DNA of 61,606 nt, counting the filler. It is 3 parts of 3 records of this genome, joined end to end, with 100 filler letters (N's around TTAATTAATTAA, not from the genome) between each part and the next. Parts side by side here need not be neighbours in the genome. Positions count along the whole stretch, not along the records: positions 1 to 21,252 come from SRR2962707_1053; 2 more parts are not named here. One strand, 5' to 3'. Made by a program: the position numbers and the translations under genes. Below, one piece after another: positions 1 to 10,257 of this stretch (the first letter of the stretch is position 1; each line of letters begins with the position of its first letter). The notes below the pieces were generated by a model. The model was not told where the DNA came from and made no database searches. It saw only the letters and a list, made by a program, of their open reading frames with translations.

Positions 1-335
1 ATAGGGGAACGAATCGCTGACGAATCGGCAAGCGAGCAGTGTTTTACCTTTGTTCACCGCTATATATCGTGTGAACGGGTTTGTAGCGTCTATATGGTGA
101 AGCGGGCTTAGCGCTTATTCAGCTTTTTACCGCGCTGGCGTTAAGGTGAGTGACTAAGACCTTAACGGCGCGTTTACACCTCGTTAAGAGTTCAAAATCG
201 CTAAAATTTGAACTTAAAAATTAAGGTTCTATTAACCATAAATATCTGATTTTTCACGATTTTTGTTAACCTTCAGAACCATAGAGGAACGAATCGGCGA
301 CGAATCAGATTTATTGCAAGGTTAGTGCTTTGTTC
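1..335. promoter_or_regulatory. Duplicated ~55-bp regulatory module (1-55 and 281-335) with LexA-like boxes, paired GANTC sites and a CtrA box between the copies
   Basis: ATAGRGGAACGAATCG..GACGAATC...GTT....CTTTGTTC recurs at an offset of 280; GAAC-N7-GAAC at 276-290; TTAA-N7-TTAAC at 221-236. Confidence 0.55.
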
Positions 336-437
336 TCACAAGATGTTGCGTTTTTAAGCGGGCCACACACAAGCAAAAATTGAGATTTATCGACTTTGAC
401 GCGGATTTGGCGCGTCAAAGGTTAATTTTGAGCCACA

Positions 438-1091
438 TTATGGCTGCGTCACAGCATCGACGAGCTTCAAAGCATCGTCGCTATTCCATTCCGCTGGACC
501 GTTCATATTGGCCACAACGCGGTTATTTTCATCAACCAGCAGTGTAACCGGCAAACCAAGGGCTAGTGAGCGCTTTTTCAATTCGTTGAAAACGCCAAGG
601 CTTGGGTCGTGATAAAAGCTGAGATGTTTCATGCCGATTTCATCAAAGAAGGCGCGGGGTTTTTCATCAGAGCCATTGTCGACAGAAATAGCGACGACTT
701 CAAAATTAGCGCTGCCTCTTTTTTCTTGTAGGGCATCAAGGGCTGGCATTTCAGCGCGGCAAGGCGCGCACCACGTGGCCCAAATGTTGACCAATCGATA
801 TTTGCCGCCAGTATCGGCTAAATATATGGCTTTGCCGTCTGGTCCATTAAACGTCAGTTCGGATAGATCATCGAATTGATCGCGCACTGCCATCGCTGCC
901 AAATTTCCCACTAAAAGTGGTTCAATTTTCGCGCGTAGCGCGTCGGAGATTTCATCGGAGGCATTGCCAGATGTGTCGCTACAGCCGTATATGCCCATAG
1001 TGCTTAAGCTTGCGACGACAGCTATTGATCTTGCGAGCGACAGAGCGCGTCTTCGATTTATGTGTTTGCCGTCAGGATTTATTAGTTTCAT
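438..1091 (-). CDS. tlpA: TlpA-family thiol:disulfide interchange protein
   Basis: N-terminal anchor; [17 protein letters not shown] thioredoxin motif; GLPVT cis-Pro loop; divergent from argH; exact start uncertain. Confidence 0.88.
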   Translation of the reverse strand: MKLINPDGKHINRRRALSLARSIAVVASLSTMGIYGCSDTSGNASDEISDALRAKIEPLLVGNLAAMAVRDQFDDLSELTFNGPDGKAIYLADTGGKYRLVNIWATWCAPCRAEMPALDALQEKRGSANFEVVAISVDNGSDEKPRAFFDEIGMKHLSFYHDPSLGVFNELKKRSLALGLPVTLLVDENNRVVANMNGPAEWNSDDALKLVDAVTQP

Positions 1092-2511
1092 GTCTCAATC
1101 TTCCAAATCAAAAGCCGATCATGCCAACACTATGTGGGGCGGTCGTTTCGCGTCAGGTCCGGCTGCCATTATGGAAGAGATTAATGCTTCCATTGGGTAT
1201 GACAAAAAGCTCTACGCGCAAGATATTGCCGGTTCAATCGCACATGCAACAATGCTTGCGGAATGTGACATAATCACGGTCGAGGATCGCGACAAGATTA
1301 TTGAGGGATTAAAAACGATCCATTCTGAAATTGCGTCTGGCGATTTTCAGTTTTCGCGCGCACTTGAAGATATTCACATGAATGTCGAGGCGCGGCTGCG
1401 TGATTTGATCGGCGATGCGGCAGGACGTTTGCACACGGCGCGCTCGCGTAATGACCAAGTGGCGTTAGACTTCAGGCTCTGGGTTAAAGCGGAGCTGGAA
1501 AAAACTGCGAATAATCTTGTTTTGTTGATCGAAGCGTTTTTAACGCGTGCAGAAGAACATGCCGATACATTTATGCCAGGCTTTACGCATTTGCAGACCG
1601 CGCAACCGGTGACATTTGGCCATCATTGCATGGCCTATGTGGAAATGTTTGGCCGTGATTTATCGCGCGTTCATGATGCCATTGAGCGGCTGAATGAAAA
1701 TCCGCTGGGCGCTGCCGCGCTTGCGGGCACTGGTTTCCCAATTGATCGACATATGACAGCCAAAGCGCTGGGCTTTCGCGAACCAACGCGCAATTCAATT
1801 GATACGGTTTCAGACCGCGATTTTGCGCTTGAGCTTTTGGCTATTGCCTCAATCTGCGCGACGCATCTGTCGCGCTTTGCTGAAGAGATCGTGATCTGGT
1901 CAACACCGCAGTTTGGATTTGTCACTTTGTCGGATTCATTTTCGACCGGCTCATCAATTATGCCGCAAAAGAAAAATCCCGATGCGGCGGAACTTGTTCG
2001 CGCAAAAGTGGGCCGGATTAATGGTTCTTTGATTGGCTTGTTGACCGTCATGAAAGGTCTGCCGCTTGCCTATTCAAAAGACATGCAGGAAGACAAAGAG
2101 CAGGTTTTTGACGCAGCAGAATCTTTAGAACTCGCTTTGGCGGCGATGACCGGCATGGTGTCCGATATGCATATTCATAAGCAAGCCATGGCGAAGGCTG
2201 CGGGCAGTGGTTATTCCATCGCCACCGACCTTGCTGATTGGTGCGTGCGCGAAATCAATTTGCCATTCCGCGATGCGCATCACGTGACTGGCCGCGCGGT
2301 AGCAATGGCTGAAGAAAAGAAAATCGGGCTGGAAGAACTCTCGCTTGACGATCTTCAGTCGATTAATCCTGCGATCACTGCCGATGTGTTTTCTGTCCTG
2401 TCAGTTGAAAAATCTGTCGCGAGCCGCACCAGTTTTGGCGGCACTGCCCCAGCGCAGGTTAAAAACCAGATTGCCTATTGGCGTGAACGCCTGTCTAAGC
2501 TGAATAAATAA
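1090..2511 (+). CDS. argH: Argininosuccinate lyase
   Basis: [16 protein letters not shown] and the [12 protein letters not shown] signature; start at ATG 1090 or 1132 rather than 964. Confidence 0.97.
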   Translation: MSQSSKSKADHANTMWGGRFASGPAAIMEEINASIGYDKKLYAQDIAGSIAHATMLAECDIITVEDRDKIIEGLKTIHSEIASGDFQFSRALEDIHMNVEARLRDLIGDAAGRLHTARSRNDQVALDFRLWVKAELEKTANNLVLLIEAFLTRAEEHADTFMPGFTHLQTAQPVTFGHHCMAYVEMFGRDLSRVHDAIERLNENPLGAAALAGTGFPIDRHMTAKALGFREPTRNSIDTVSDRDFALELLAIASICATHLSRFAEEIVIWSTPQFGFVTLSDSFSTGSSIMPQKKNPDAAELVRAKVGRINGSLIGLLTVMKGLPLAYSKDMQEDKEQVFDAAESLELALAAMTGMVSDMHIHKQAMAKAAGSGYSIATDLADWCVREINLPFRDAHHVTGRAVAMAEEKKIGLEELSLDDLQSINPAITADVFSVLSVEKSVASRTSFGGTAPAQVKNQIAYWRERLSKLNK

Positions 2512-2587
2512 TCTAAATTGGCGGGGTGCAAATTTTAAAACCCCGCGCTATGAAGACCATAGATTAACTCATGAACGGTTGGCGCCT

Positions 2588-2770
2588 ATGACCGCGTTGA
2601 AAATTTCAAAAGCTCTTTTTTTGGTAGCTATGCTTGCCAGTGTTTCTGCATGCGGACGCGCCGGCGATCCGGTTAAGCCTTCTGCGGCGAGTGTCGATGG
2701 CAAAAAAGTATATCCTGATGCAAAGCCTCAAGAGGATAAGCCCTTTATTCTCGATGGACTTTTGAACTGA
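2588..2770 (+). CDS. Small lipoprotein (LppL/LptM-like)
   Basis: Lipobox VSAC followed by GRAG; located just upstream of lysA. Confidence 0.7.
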   Translation: MTALKISKALFLVAMLASVSACGRAGDPVKPSAASVDGKKVYPDAKPQEDKPFILDGLLN

Positions 2771-2784
2771 TATAAGGCGCTGGC

Positions 2785-4050
2785 GTGGATCATTTTGATT
2801 ATAAAGACGGTGTATTATGCGCCGAAGATGTGAGTGTGCAGGCGATAGCCGATGCCGTTGGCACACCCTTTTATTGCTATTCAACCGCTACATTAGAACG
2901 GCACTACAAGGTTTTTGCCGATTCATTCAGCGATATTGACGCGCTTGTTTGTTACGCGATGAAAGCCAATTCAAACCAAGCCGTGCTCAAAACATTGGCC
3001 AAGCTTGGTTCTGGCGCTGATGTGGTTTCCGAAGGTGAATTGCGCCGCGCATTGGCTGCGGGTATTCCCGCTTCAAAAATCGTGTTTTCCGGCGTTGGCA
3101 AAACCCCGCGTGAAATGGATTTTGCGCTGGAAGTAGGCATTCACTGTTTCAATGTTGAATCTGAGCCTGAGTTAGAACTGCTTTCTGAACGTGCCATTGC
3201 GATGGGCAAAGTTGCGCCTGTGTCACTGCGCATTAATCCTGATGTGGATGCAAAAACCCATCATAAAATTTCGACCGGTAAAAAGGGCGATAAATTCGGC
3301 ATTTCCTATTTGCGTGCGCGCGATGTTTATAAACGCGCTGGCGAATTAGCCGGTATTCAAGTGACTGGCATTGATATGCATATTGGCAGTCAGATCACGG
3401 ATCTGCAGCCATTTGATGATGCTATCGGCCTGTTGGTTGATTTGATTGGCACATTGCGTAGCGATGGTCATGATATTCACCATGTAGATTTGGGCGGCGG
3501 ACTTGGTATTCCATACAAATTGGACAACGCGCCGCCACCTTTGCCTGATGCTTATGCGGCGATTGTTAAAAAACATGTCAAACCGCTCGGCATACAGGTC
3601 ATTTTTGAACCTGGCCGTTTGATCGCAGGCAATGCAGGTATTTTGGTCACGCAAGTTTCTTACGTAAAACACACCGAAGCAAAATCATTTGTGATTGTTG
3701 ATGCTGCGATGAACGATTTGATCCGTCCCACACTTTATGAAGCATTTCATCAAGTTGTGCCGGTTGTTAAGTCTGCTGCGGATGCGGCTTATTTTGTTGC
3801 TGATGTGGTGGGTCCAGTGTGTGAATCGGGCGATTATCTTGCGCAAGATCGTAATTTGCCTGAAATGAACCCGGGTGATTTGCTCGCGGTTAAGACCGCG
3901 GGCGCTTATGGCGCTGTGCAGGCGGGTACTTATAATACGCGGCTTTTGGTTCCCGAAGTCATTGTAAATGGTGATCAATTTCATGTGGCGCGGCCACGCA
4001 CCAGCTATGAAGAGCTGATCGCACTTGATTCAGTTCCTGACTGGTTCTGA
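2785..4050 (+). CDS. lysA: Diaminopimelate decarboxylase
   Basis: YAMKAN PLP lysine, HIGSQ, DLGGG, EPGR, GPVCESGD, GAYG. Confidence 0.97.
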   Translation: MDHFDYKDGVLCAEDVSVQAIADAVGTPFYCYSTATLERHYKVFADSFSDIDALVCYAMKANSNQAVLKTLAKLGSGADVVSEGELRRALAAGIPASKIVFSGVGKTPREMDFALEVGIHCFNVESEPELELLSERAIAMGKVAPVSLRINPDVDAKTHHKISTGKKGDKFGISYLRARDVYKRAGELAGIQVTGIDMHIGSQITDLQPFDDAIGLLVDLIGTLRSDGHDIHHVDLGGGLGIPYKLDNAPPPLPDAYAAIVKKHVKPLGIQVIFEPGRLIAGNAGILVTQVSYVKHTEAKSFVIVDAAMNDLIRPTLYEAFHQVVPVVKSAADAAYFVADVVGPVCESGDYLAQDRNLPEMNPGDLLAVKTAGAYGAVQAGTYNTRLLVPEVIVNGDQFHVARPRTSYEELIALDSVPDWF

Positions 4051-4159
4051 CTTCGGATTAACGTCCTAACAAAAGAGTGACTGAAATTGCCGCAAAGTGG
4101 TCTCGCCTTTGCCTTTTTGTCTGCTATCTTGATAGCGAACAGGAGAGCAATGAGCACCG

Positions 4160-6823
4160 ATGGCGGATAAAACGCCCCTTCACAGTGACGAAACATCGGC
4201 GCGCGCGCGGGCGATGCGTTCGCGGTTGCGTTCTGCTCGCTTGTGGAGCCGATTATCTATTTTCTGGGAAAGCGCCGCCCCTGCGATTTTGCCGCTTTTA
4301 GTCGTCATTGCGGTCTATTTAACGTGTTCGTGGCTTGGCCTTTTTAGAGTCGTGCCTGATCTGTGGCGCATTGGCCTTGGCAGCCTGTTTGTATTTTTTG
4401 CCATTTGCTCATTGTATTTTCTGCGAACAATTCGCTGGCCGAGCGCGCATGAAGTTGATGCGCGCATTGAGCTTGATAACCATTTAATACACCAACCCAT
4501 CACTGCGCAGGATGATCATCTGGCGATTGGTGATGATGCTTTTGCACGCACATTGTGGCAGCTGCATCAGCGCAAATTGGCAGAGCATGTGGATGGTGTT
4601 CGCGGCGCAAGCGCCCGCACAATTATTCCGCAGCTTGATCCTTATGCGCTTCGCACGCTTGTTCCCTTAGCGCTGGTAAGCGCGTTTGCCTTTTCGCTTG
4701 GCACTTCGGGCGGCTCTGTATTGGATGTATTTCGCTCGCACGGCACTAATGGCGTTCTGGCTGCGCGCATTGATGCGTGGATTACACCGCCGCATTATAC
4801 CGGCGTCGCGCCGATATTTTTAACCTCAGAGATTAATGCTGCGCGCGATGCATATACAATTCCTGAAGGCAGTAAAATCGTCGTGCGTGTTTCAGGCGGT
4901 AGCGGCAGCGAAACTGTATTTTACCCAGATGCACAAAGCTCGGTGCCGCTTGGCGACGAAGCGCAATCAAACAGCGATGCACGTCAGTTTGAGATTACAG
5001 CACGTGTCGATGGCGATTTGCAGATTTCTACCGCTGACAATGCCTATCAATGGCATATTTCGCTGATCGAAGACCAAGCACCTGAAATTGCATTTGATGG
5101 AAAATTGTCTCGTGCCGTCAATGGCACGATGACGATCCCCTATGTGGCGACGGATGATTTTGGGCTGGCGCGGGCCAACGCCTATGTCGAACTTGCTGAT
5201 AAAACAGATGGCCCTGCACGAGCTCTGTATCAAGCGCCTGAAATTAAGCTGACTTTGCCGCGCCGTAATTCTGACGGCAAAGCAAAAACGGCGATTGATT
5301 TGACCGAGCACCCGTGGGCCGGTGCGCGGGTAAAGATGGTGCTGGAGGCGGAAGATGATCTTGAGCAAATCGGACGCAGCGAAGAAATTCAGGCAGAATT
5401 GCCCGGCCGACCATTTTCAAAACCGCTCGCGCGCGCCCTGATAGAGCAACGCCGTAATTTGGCTTTGGATGCTAATCGCGCCCGCGCCGTTTATGATATG
5501 CTCGATTTGTTTTTGCTTTACCCCGAAGAAACGATCAACAACACATCGCATTTTTTAGGCATAACAACGGCTCTATCAAAACTTAGATATGCGCGCAGCG
5601 ACGAAGATTTGCGCGGTGTGGTCGACTATCTTTGGGAAGTGGCACGCAACATTGAAGATGGTGGGCTTTCAGAGGCTGAGCGCCGTCTAAAAGATGCGCA
5701 GCAAGCACTTTCCGACGCGCTGGAGAATGGTGCGTCAGACGAAGAAATAGAACAGCTTATGTCTGAGTTGCGCGATGCAATGAAAGAGTTTTTGAGCGAA
5801 TTTGCGCAGCAAAATCAAAATTCACCAAACGCTGACAATCAGCAGAACCAACAAAATGCACAACAATTGGATCAGAAAAGTCTCGATGACTTGTTGAACC
5901 GATTGGAAGAATTGGCAAAATCTGGCGCGCGTGACCAAGCCCAAGAGATGCTCTCGCAGCTTCAAAATATGATGAACAATCTGCAGATGGGCCAACATCA
6001 ACAACAGCAAGGCGATGGGCAAAATCAAGCGCAGCAGCAAATGAATGAGCTGGGCGATATTTTGCGCCAGCAGCAGGAATTGATGAACGATACGTTCAAA
6101 CGCAGCCAGCGCGGCGATCAGGGCGACGAAGGACAAAGTTCAGAGCAAGGCCAAAATCCGAGTGATGGCCAAGGCAATAATGATCAGGGTCAGCAAGGCC
6201 AGCGCCAAGGCGAGTTTGGTCAAAATGGTACTGAGCCTGGACAGCAGCAAGGACAACAAGGGCAGAGCCAACCTGGTTCCCCGCAGGGTGAAAATTCAGG
6301 GCAAGGGATGGCCGGTCAAGGCAAAGGCGATGGCGAAGGTGGCATTGAAGGTTTGGCAGAGGGCCAGCAGGCGCTGCAAGACAGGCTAGACCAGCTGAAA
6401 GATGGCCTGCGCGGTATGGGCATTAATCCTGGCGATGCGTTCGACGATGCTGGTCGTGCGATGGGTGATGCTGGCCAAGCGCTTGGCAAAGGCCTCGGTG
6501 ACCGCGCTTTGAATAAGCAGAGCAGCGCTATGGAAGCGCTGCGCCGCGGCGCACAGCAGATGATGGAGCAAATGCAACAGGCCAATCAGGGCCAAACAGG
6601 ATCAAGCGAGCCAGGTGGCACTCAAAATGCGCAGGGGCGCGATCCGCTTGGTCGCCCGCAAGGTTCTTCTGGACCTGACTTTGGCGATTCTGTGAAAATT
6701 CCAGACGAGATTGACGTGCGTCGCGCGCGTGAAATTCTTGAAGCTATTCGCAAGCGCCTTGGTGTTGGCGCATTGGAACAGTTTGAGAAAGATTATCTCG
6801 AACGCCTGCTTGATCTTGATTGA
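4160..6823 (+). CDS. TIGR02302/DUF4175-family membrane protein with Q/G-rich coiled-coil C-terminus
   Basis: N-terminal TM helices, AWITPPHYTG, DLTEHPWAG, RDPLGR and YLERLL terminus; usual position after lysA. Confidence 0.88.
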   Translation: MADKTPLHSDETSARARAMRSRLRSARLWSRLSIFWESAAPAILPLLVVIAVYLTCSWLGLFRVVPDLWRIGLGSLFVFFAICSLYFLRTIRWPSAHEVDARIELDNHLIHQPITAQDDHLAIGDDAFARTLWQLHQRKLAEHVDGVRGASARTIIPQLDPYALRTLVPLALVSAFAFSLGTSGGSVLDVFRSHGTNGVLAARIDAWITPPHYTGVAPIFLTSEINAARDAYTIPEGSKIVVRVSGGSGSETVFYPDAQSSVPLGDEAQSNSDARQFEITARVDGDLQISTADNAYQWHISLIEDQAPEIAFDGKLSRAVNGTMTIPYVATDDFGLARANAYVELADKTDGPARALYQAPEIKLTLPRRNSDGKAKTAIDLTEHPWAGARVKMVLEAEDDLEQIGRSEEIQAELPGRPFSKPLARALIEQRRNLALDANRARAVYDMLDLFLLYPEETINNTSHFLGITTALSKLRYARSDEDLRGVVDYLWEVARNIEDGGLSEAERRLKDAQQALSDALENGASDEEIEQLMSELRDAMKEFLSEFAQQNQNSPNADNQQNQQNAQQLDQKSLDDLLNRLEELAKSGARDQAQEMLSQLQNMMNNLQMGQHQQQQGDGQNQAQQQMNELGDILRQQQELMNDTFKRSQRGDQGDEGQSSEQGQNPSDGQGNNDQGQQGQRQGEFGQNGTEPGQQQGQQGQSQPGSPQGENSGQGMAGQGKGDGEGGIEGLAEGQQALQDRLDQLKDGLRGMGINPGDAFDDAGRAMGDAGQALGKGLGDRALNKQSSAMEALRRGAQQMMEQMQQANQGQTGSSEPGGTQNAQGRDPLGRPQGSSGPDFGDSVKIPDEIDVRRAREILEAIRKRLGVGALEQFEKDYLERLLDLD

Positions 6824-6828
6824 TCAGA

Positions 6829-7194
6829 TCAAGCAGCCAACGCGCCTTTTACCGCTTCACGAATAACGCTGAGCGAGAATGGCTTTGGCACCACATCAAT
6901 GATGATTGAAGCTAAATCATCAGCGCGCTCGCGCTGTTCGGCATAACCGGTCATCAGCAATATTTTGAGGCCCGGATAGTCACGCGCAGCGTTTTTTGCC
7001 ATTTCGATGCCATCCATCGCGGGCATGCGAATGTCGGATAAAACAAGATCAAAGCGACCTAGGTTATTGGCAAGCGCCTCGAGGGCTATATCGCCATCAT
7101 CTGCTTGTTCAACCGTGTGGCCATCAATCATCAGCGCGCGCGCGGTAAAAGAGCGAACGGAATGGTCGTCATCAACGACGAGAATATGGCTCAT
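6829..7194 (-). CDS. Single-domain response regulator (CpdR-like)
   Basis: ILVVDDD, LSDIRMPAMDG, MTGY, KPF; no output domain. Confidence 0.88.
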   Translation of the reverse strand: MSHILVVDDDHSVRSFTARALMIDGHTVEQADDGDIALEALANNLGRFDLVLSDIRMPAMDGIEMAKNAARDYPGLKILLMTGYAEQRERADDLASIIIDVVPKPFSLSVIREAVKGALAA

Positions 7195-7742
7195 TGGGCG
7201 TCACCTTTTACGATGCCGACGTAAGGAAGTTCACGGAAAGCATGGGCGACGTCCATGCCATAACCAACCACGAAATGGTCGGGACATTCAAACCCAACGA
7301 AATCTGCCTCAAGAGGCGTGTCAGCTTTGCGTTTAATGCGTTTATCAAGCAGAACGGCAAAAGCCACCGAGTTCGCGCCACGTGACAGCAAGAGATCGCG
7401 CGCGAAAGTAAGTGTTCTGCCTGATTCTAGAATGTCATCGACGAGGATGACATCGCGGCCTTCAACTGAGCTTTCAATGTCTCGTACGAGCTGCGTCTGG
7501 CCTGCCTCAGTGCCTTTGCCGTAGGTTGAGAGCATCATGAACTCAACTTCGGGCGATAGGTCCACGTCGTGCATGGCGCGCACAAGATCGGCTGCAAATA
7601 TGAATGAGCCTTTTAAAACAGATATGACGAGCAGATCTTTATAATTACGCCCAGCGATATCCCGCGCTAATTCCAGATGCCGCAAGGCAATGGCGGAAGC
7701 AGGGTAAAGAACTTCAATATTTTTATTGCGTACGACTGGCAT
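7191..7742 (-). CDS. hpt: Hypoxanthine phosphoribosyltransferase
   Basis: VLKGSFIFAADL, VILVDDILESGRTL, FVVGYGMD. Confidence 0.95.
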   Translation of the reverse strand: MPVVRNKNIEVLYPASAIALRHLELARDIAGRNYKDLLVISVLKGSFIFAADLVRAMHDVDLSPEVEFMMLSTYGKGTEAGQTQLVRDIESSVEGRDVILVDDILESGRTLTFARDLLLSRGANSVAFAVLLDKRIKRKADTPLEADFVGFECPDHFVVGYGMDVAHAFRELPYVGIVKGDAQ

Positions 7743-7744
7743 GA

Positions 7745-8338
7745 TTATTCCAAAAAGCTCAGATGTGGTTTTGTAAAAGCAGAATCACCTGCTGGCAATG
7801 TGTTTGTAAAGATCAATCGTTCACCGGGATTTAATATCTCGCCGCGATTGACACGAAATGTTCTGCGCGCGCTTGGCTCATCGCCAATTTCAACCAATAT
7901 TGTGGGAATTTGGCGCGCAATTGAGTCTTTATTAGCGATGGTGGCTCTAATCGTGAGAAATGTTGACCCATTCCGGCTGATTTTGGTCGAATCAATATCT
8001 TCAAAATGCAGCGCATTCTCAGGCTCCGCCTTAGCGACATTTTCGATTTGCGGTGCGGGCTGCTCGACAAACATCTTATTGAACAGAACATGCCCGCCGG
8101 AAAAATAAAACGCTACAACCATGCAAGCTGCTGCAATCAAAGAGAATACGGGCAACGACATGTTATTCTTTTTGCGGGTATTTGGCTTTTTGCCAAAAAC
8201 AGCAAGCTGGTCGTCATCGCGTTGGTCTATGTCGGTTTGTGAGAGGCGAGGTTGCTGGGTTTGCGAGGGCTGGTTTTGTGGCTGTGTTCTACCAACCGTT
8301 TCAAACTCCACATCAACGATGTCTTTTGGGTCGTCCAT
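7745..8338 (-). CDS. Single-TM protein, DUF3426/ZitP-like, without a zinc finger
   Basis: Polar N-terminus, one TM helix, beta-rich C-terminal domain (ATIAN..RQIPTI..LNPGE); divergent from ftsE. Confidence 0.6.
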   Translation of the reverse strand: MDDPKDIVDVEFETVGRTQPQNQPSQTQQPRLSQTDIDQRDDDQLAVFGKKPNTRKKNNMSLPVFSLIAAACMVVAFYFSGGHVLFNKMFVEQPAPQIENVAKAEPENALHFEDIDSTKISRNGSTFLTIRATIANKDSIARQIPTILVEIGDEPSARRTFRVNRGEILNPGERLIFTNTLPAGDSAFTKPHLSFLE

Positions 8339-8515
8339 CGTTGCGGCCTCTGCTTTGCAAGTATCTCGTTTGATAAACTGCTTTGGTTAACCTTTGGTTG
8401 CGGCACGACTGACTGTATCGCCCGAGATCAATTTGGTGCTAACCCTTGAAGGGCGCTCAACATCAGCTTAGTTCAATAAAGCAAGTTCGCAATAGTGATT
8501 CGGATTGGCTAAAGT

Positions 8516-9175
8516 TTGATCAAGTTTGAGAATGTTGGATTGCGCTATGGCATGGAGACGGAAGTTCTCCGCGATGTGTCATTTCATATTCCGCCGCGTT
8601 CATTTCAGTTTTTAACCGGCCCGTCAGGCGCGGGTAAAACAAGCTTGCTTAGAATGCTGTCACTTTCCCTGCGCGCGACACGCGGCTCGATCAAAATTTT
8701 TGGTAAAGACACGGCCAGTTTGCATCGCAGTGAATTGCCGCTTTTGCGCCGCCGCATCGGTGTGGTTTTCCAAGATTTTCGCCTTCTCGATCATATGACC
8801 ATTTACGAGAATGTGGCGCTTCCTTTGCGGGTGCGCGGCAAAGAAGAAGCGGCTTATCGCAATGACGTTGTCGAGCTTTTAAAATGGGTTGGGCTTGGCC
8901 ATAAACTCAATGCCTTGCCAATGGTTTTATCGGGGGGTGAAAAGCAGCGTATCGCGATTGCGCGCGCCTTGATTGATCAACCCGAACTTCTGCTTGCTGA
9001 CGAGCCGACAGGCAATGTGGACCCGCAAATGGCCCGCCGTCTGCTGCGTTTGTTTTTAGAGTTGAACCGATCCGGCACGGCGGTGGTTATCGCGACCCAT
9101 GATTTGGGATTGATGGATCAGGTGGATGCGCGGCGCATGATTTTGAACAATTCTCAGCTGGATATTTACGGTTGA
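8516..9175 (+). CDS. ftsE: Cell division ATP-binding protein FtsE
   Basis: GPSGAGKT, VFQDFRLL, LSGGEKQR, LADEPTGNVD. Confidence 0.95.
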   Translation: MIKFENVGLRYGMETEVLRDVSFHIPPRSFQFLTGPSGAGKTSLLRMLSLSLRATRGSIKIFGKDTASLHRSELPLLRRRIGVVFQDFRLLDHMTIYENVALPLRVRGKEEAAYRNDVVELLKWVGLGHKLNALPMVLSGGEKQRIAIARALIDQPELLLADEPTGNVDPQMARRLLRLFLELNRSGTAVVIATHDLGLMDQVDARRMILNNSQLDIYG

Positions 9176-9176
9176 T

Positions 9177-10175
9177 ATGGCACGTTTAAACAAAAACGAA
9201 TTTACCGAAGATGACAACAGCATCGCAAAGACGCTGCAGCTTGGCATCAAACATTCGCCGATTGTGCCGCCTTCCAATATTGCCGGACGGGCGCTTTCGC
9301 TTGTTATCGCGATCATGTCATTTTTGGCCTGTGCGACGGTGGCGGCTGTGTCTCTTGTCGATCAAAGTGCAACGGCATGGCAAAGCCAAATTTCGCGCGA
9401 AGCGACGGTGCAAATTCGCCCTGCGCGCGATTTTGATATTGATGCGGCGTTGGAGCAGGCGCGCACCATTGCTGCCGGTTTTGATGGCGTTACCGGTGCA
9501 AAAATTATTGGCATTGAAGAAACAGCGGCATTGCTTGAGCCTTGGCTCGGTTCTGGCCTTGATCTCTCTGAATTGCCGGTTCCGCGCCTTGTCGTCGTGA
9601 CAATAAATGAGAAGGCGCCGCCCGATTTTTCCGCTATCCGAACGGCGATTACCAGTGAAGTTCCCAATTCTAGCTTCGATGATCACCGCGCATGGGTTGA
9701 CCGTTTAGTGTCGATGGCAAACACTACTACACGCGTTGGTTTTGTGATTTTGGCATTGGTTTTGTCTGCGCTGGTTTTGACTGTGGTTTTCGCCACGCGC
9801 GGCGCGCTGGCCAGCAACCAAAATGTGATTGAAGTGCTGCATTTTATTGGCGCGCGCGCAGGCTTTATTGCCGCGCAGTTTCAACGGCGGTTTTTCTGGA
9901 TTGGATTGCGCGGCGCGCTCATTGGCGGCGGCATTGCAACATTGTGTTTCAGCATTATTAAATTTTGGGCGGGGCGCAATCTAACAACTGCTGAAGGTGC
10001 GCAAATTAGTGCTTTGTTTGGCGATTTTTCTATCGGTCAAAGCGCTTTTATTGGCGTCTTCGTTGTTGTGATTTTGGTTGCGCTTTTGACGACGATTACC
10101 GCGCGGATCACGGTTCTTAGAACGCTCTATGAAATTGATGAACAGCGCGCTGACCCCACGCGATCAAATTATTAG
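9177..10175 (+). CDS. ftsX: Cell division permease FtsX
   Basis: Four-TM topology, IEVLHFIGA motif, directly follows ftsE. Confidence 0.92.
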   Translation: MARLNKNEFTEDDNSIAKTLQLGIKHSPIVPPSNIAGRALSLVIAIMSFLACATVAAVSLVDQSATAWQSQISREATVQIRPARDFDIDAALEQARTIAAGFDGVTGAKIIGIEETAALLEPWLGSGLDLSELPVPRLVVVTINEKAPPDFSAIRTAITSEVPNSSFDDHRAWVDRLVSMANTTTRVGFVILALVLSALVLTVVFATRGALASNQNVIEVLHFIGARAGFIAAQFQRRFFWIGLRGALIGGGIATLCFSIIKFWAGRNLTTAEGAQISALFGDFSIGQSAFIGVFVVVILVALLTTITARITVLRTLYEIDEQRADPTRSNY

Positions 10176-10257
10176 GGGCTAAACTTAACTATTTGGACAA
10201 AATCGCGCGTGATTTGCTAATTTTGGCCTACCAAGTGCCCCATTTGCGGATTATCAC

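Noticed and set aside
2521-2546. Hairpin after argH as a terminator
   Set aside because: 7-bp stem with a large loop and no U tract; too weak to call
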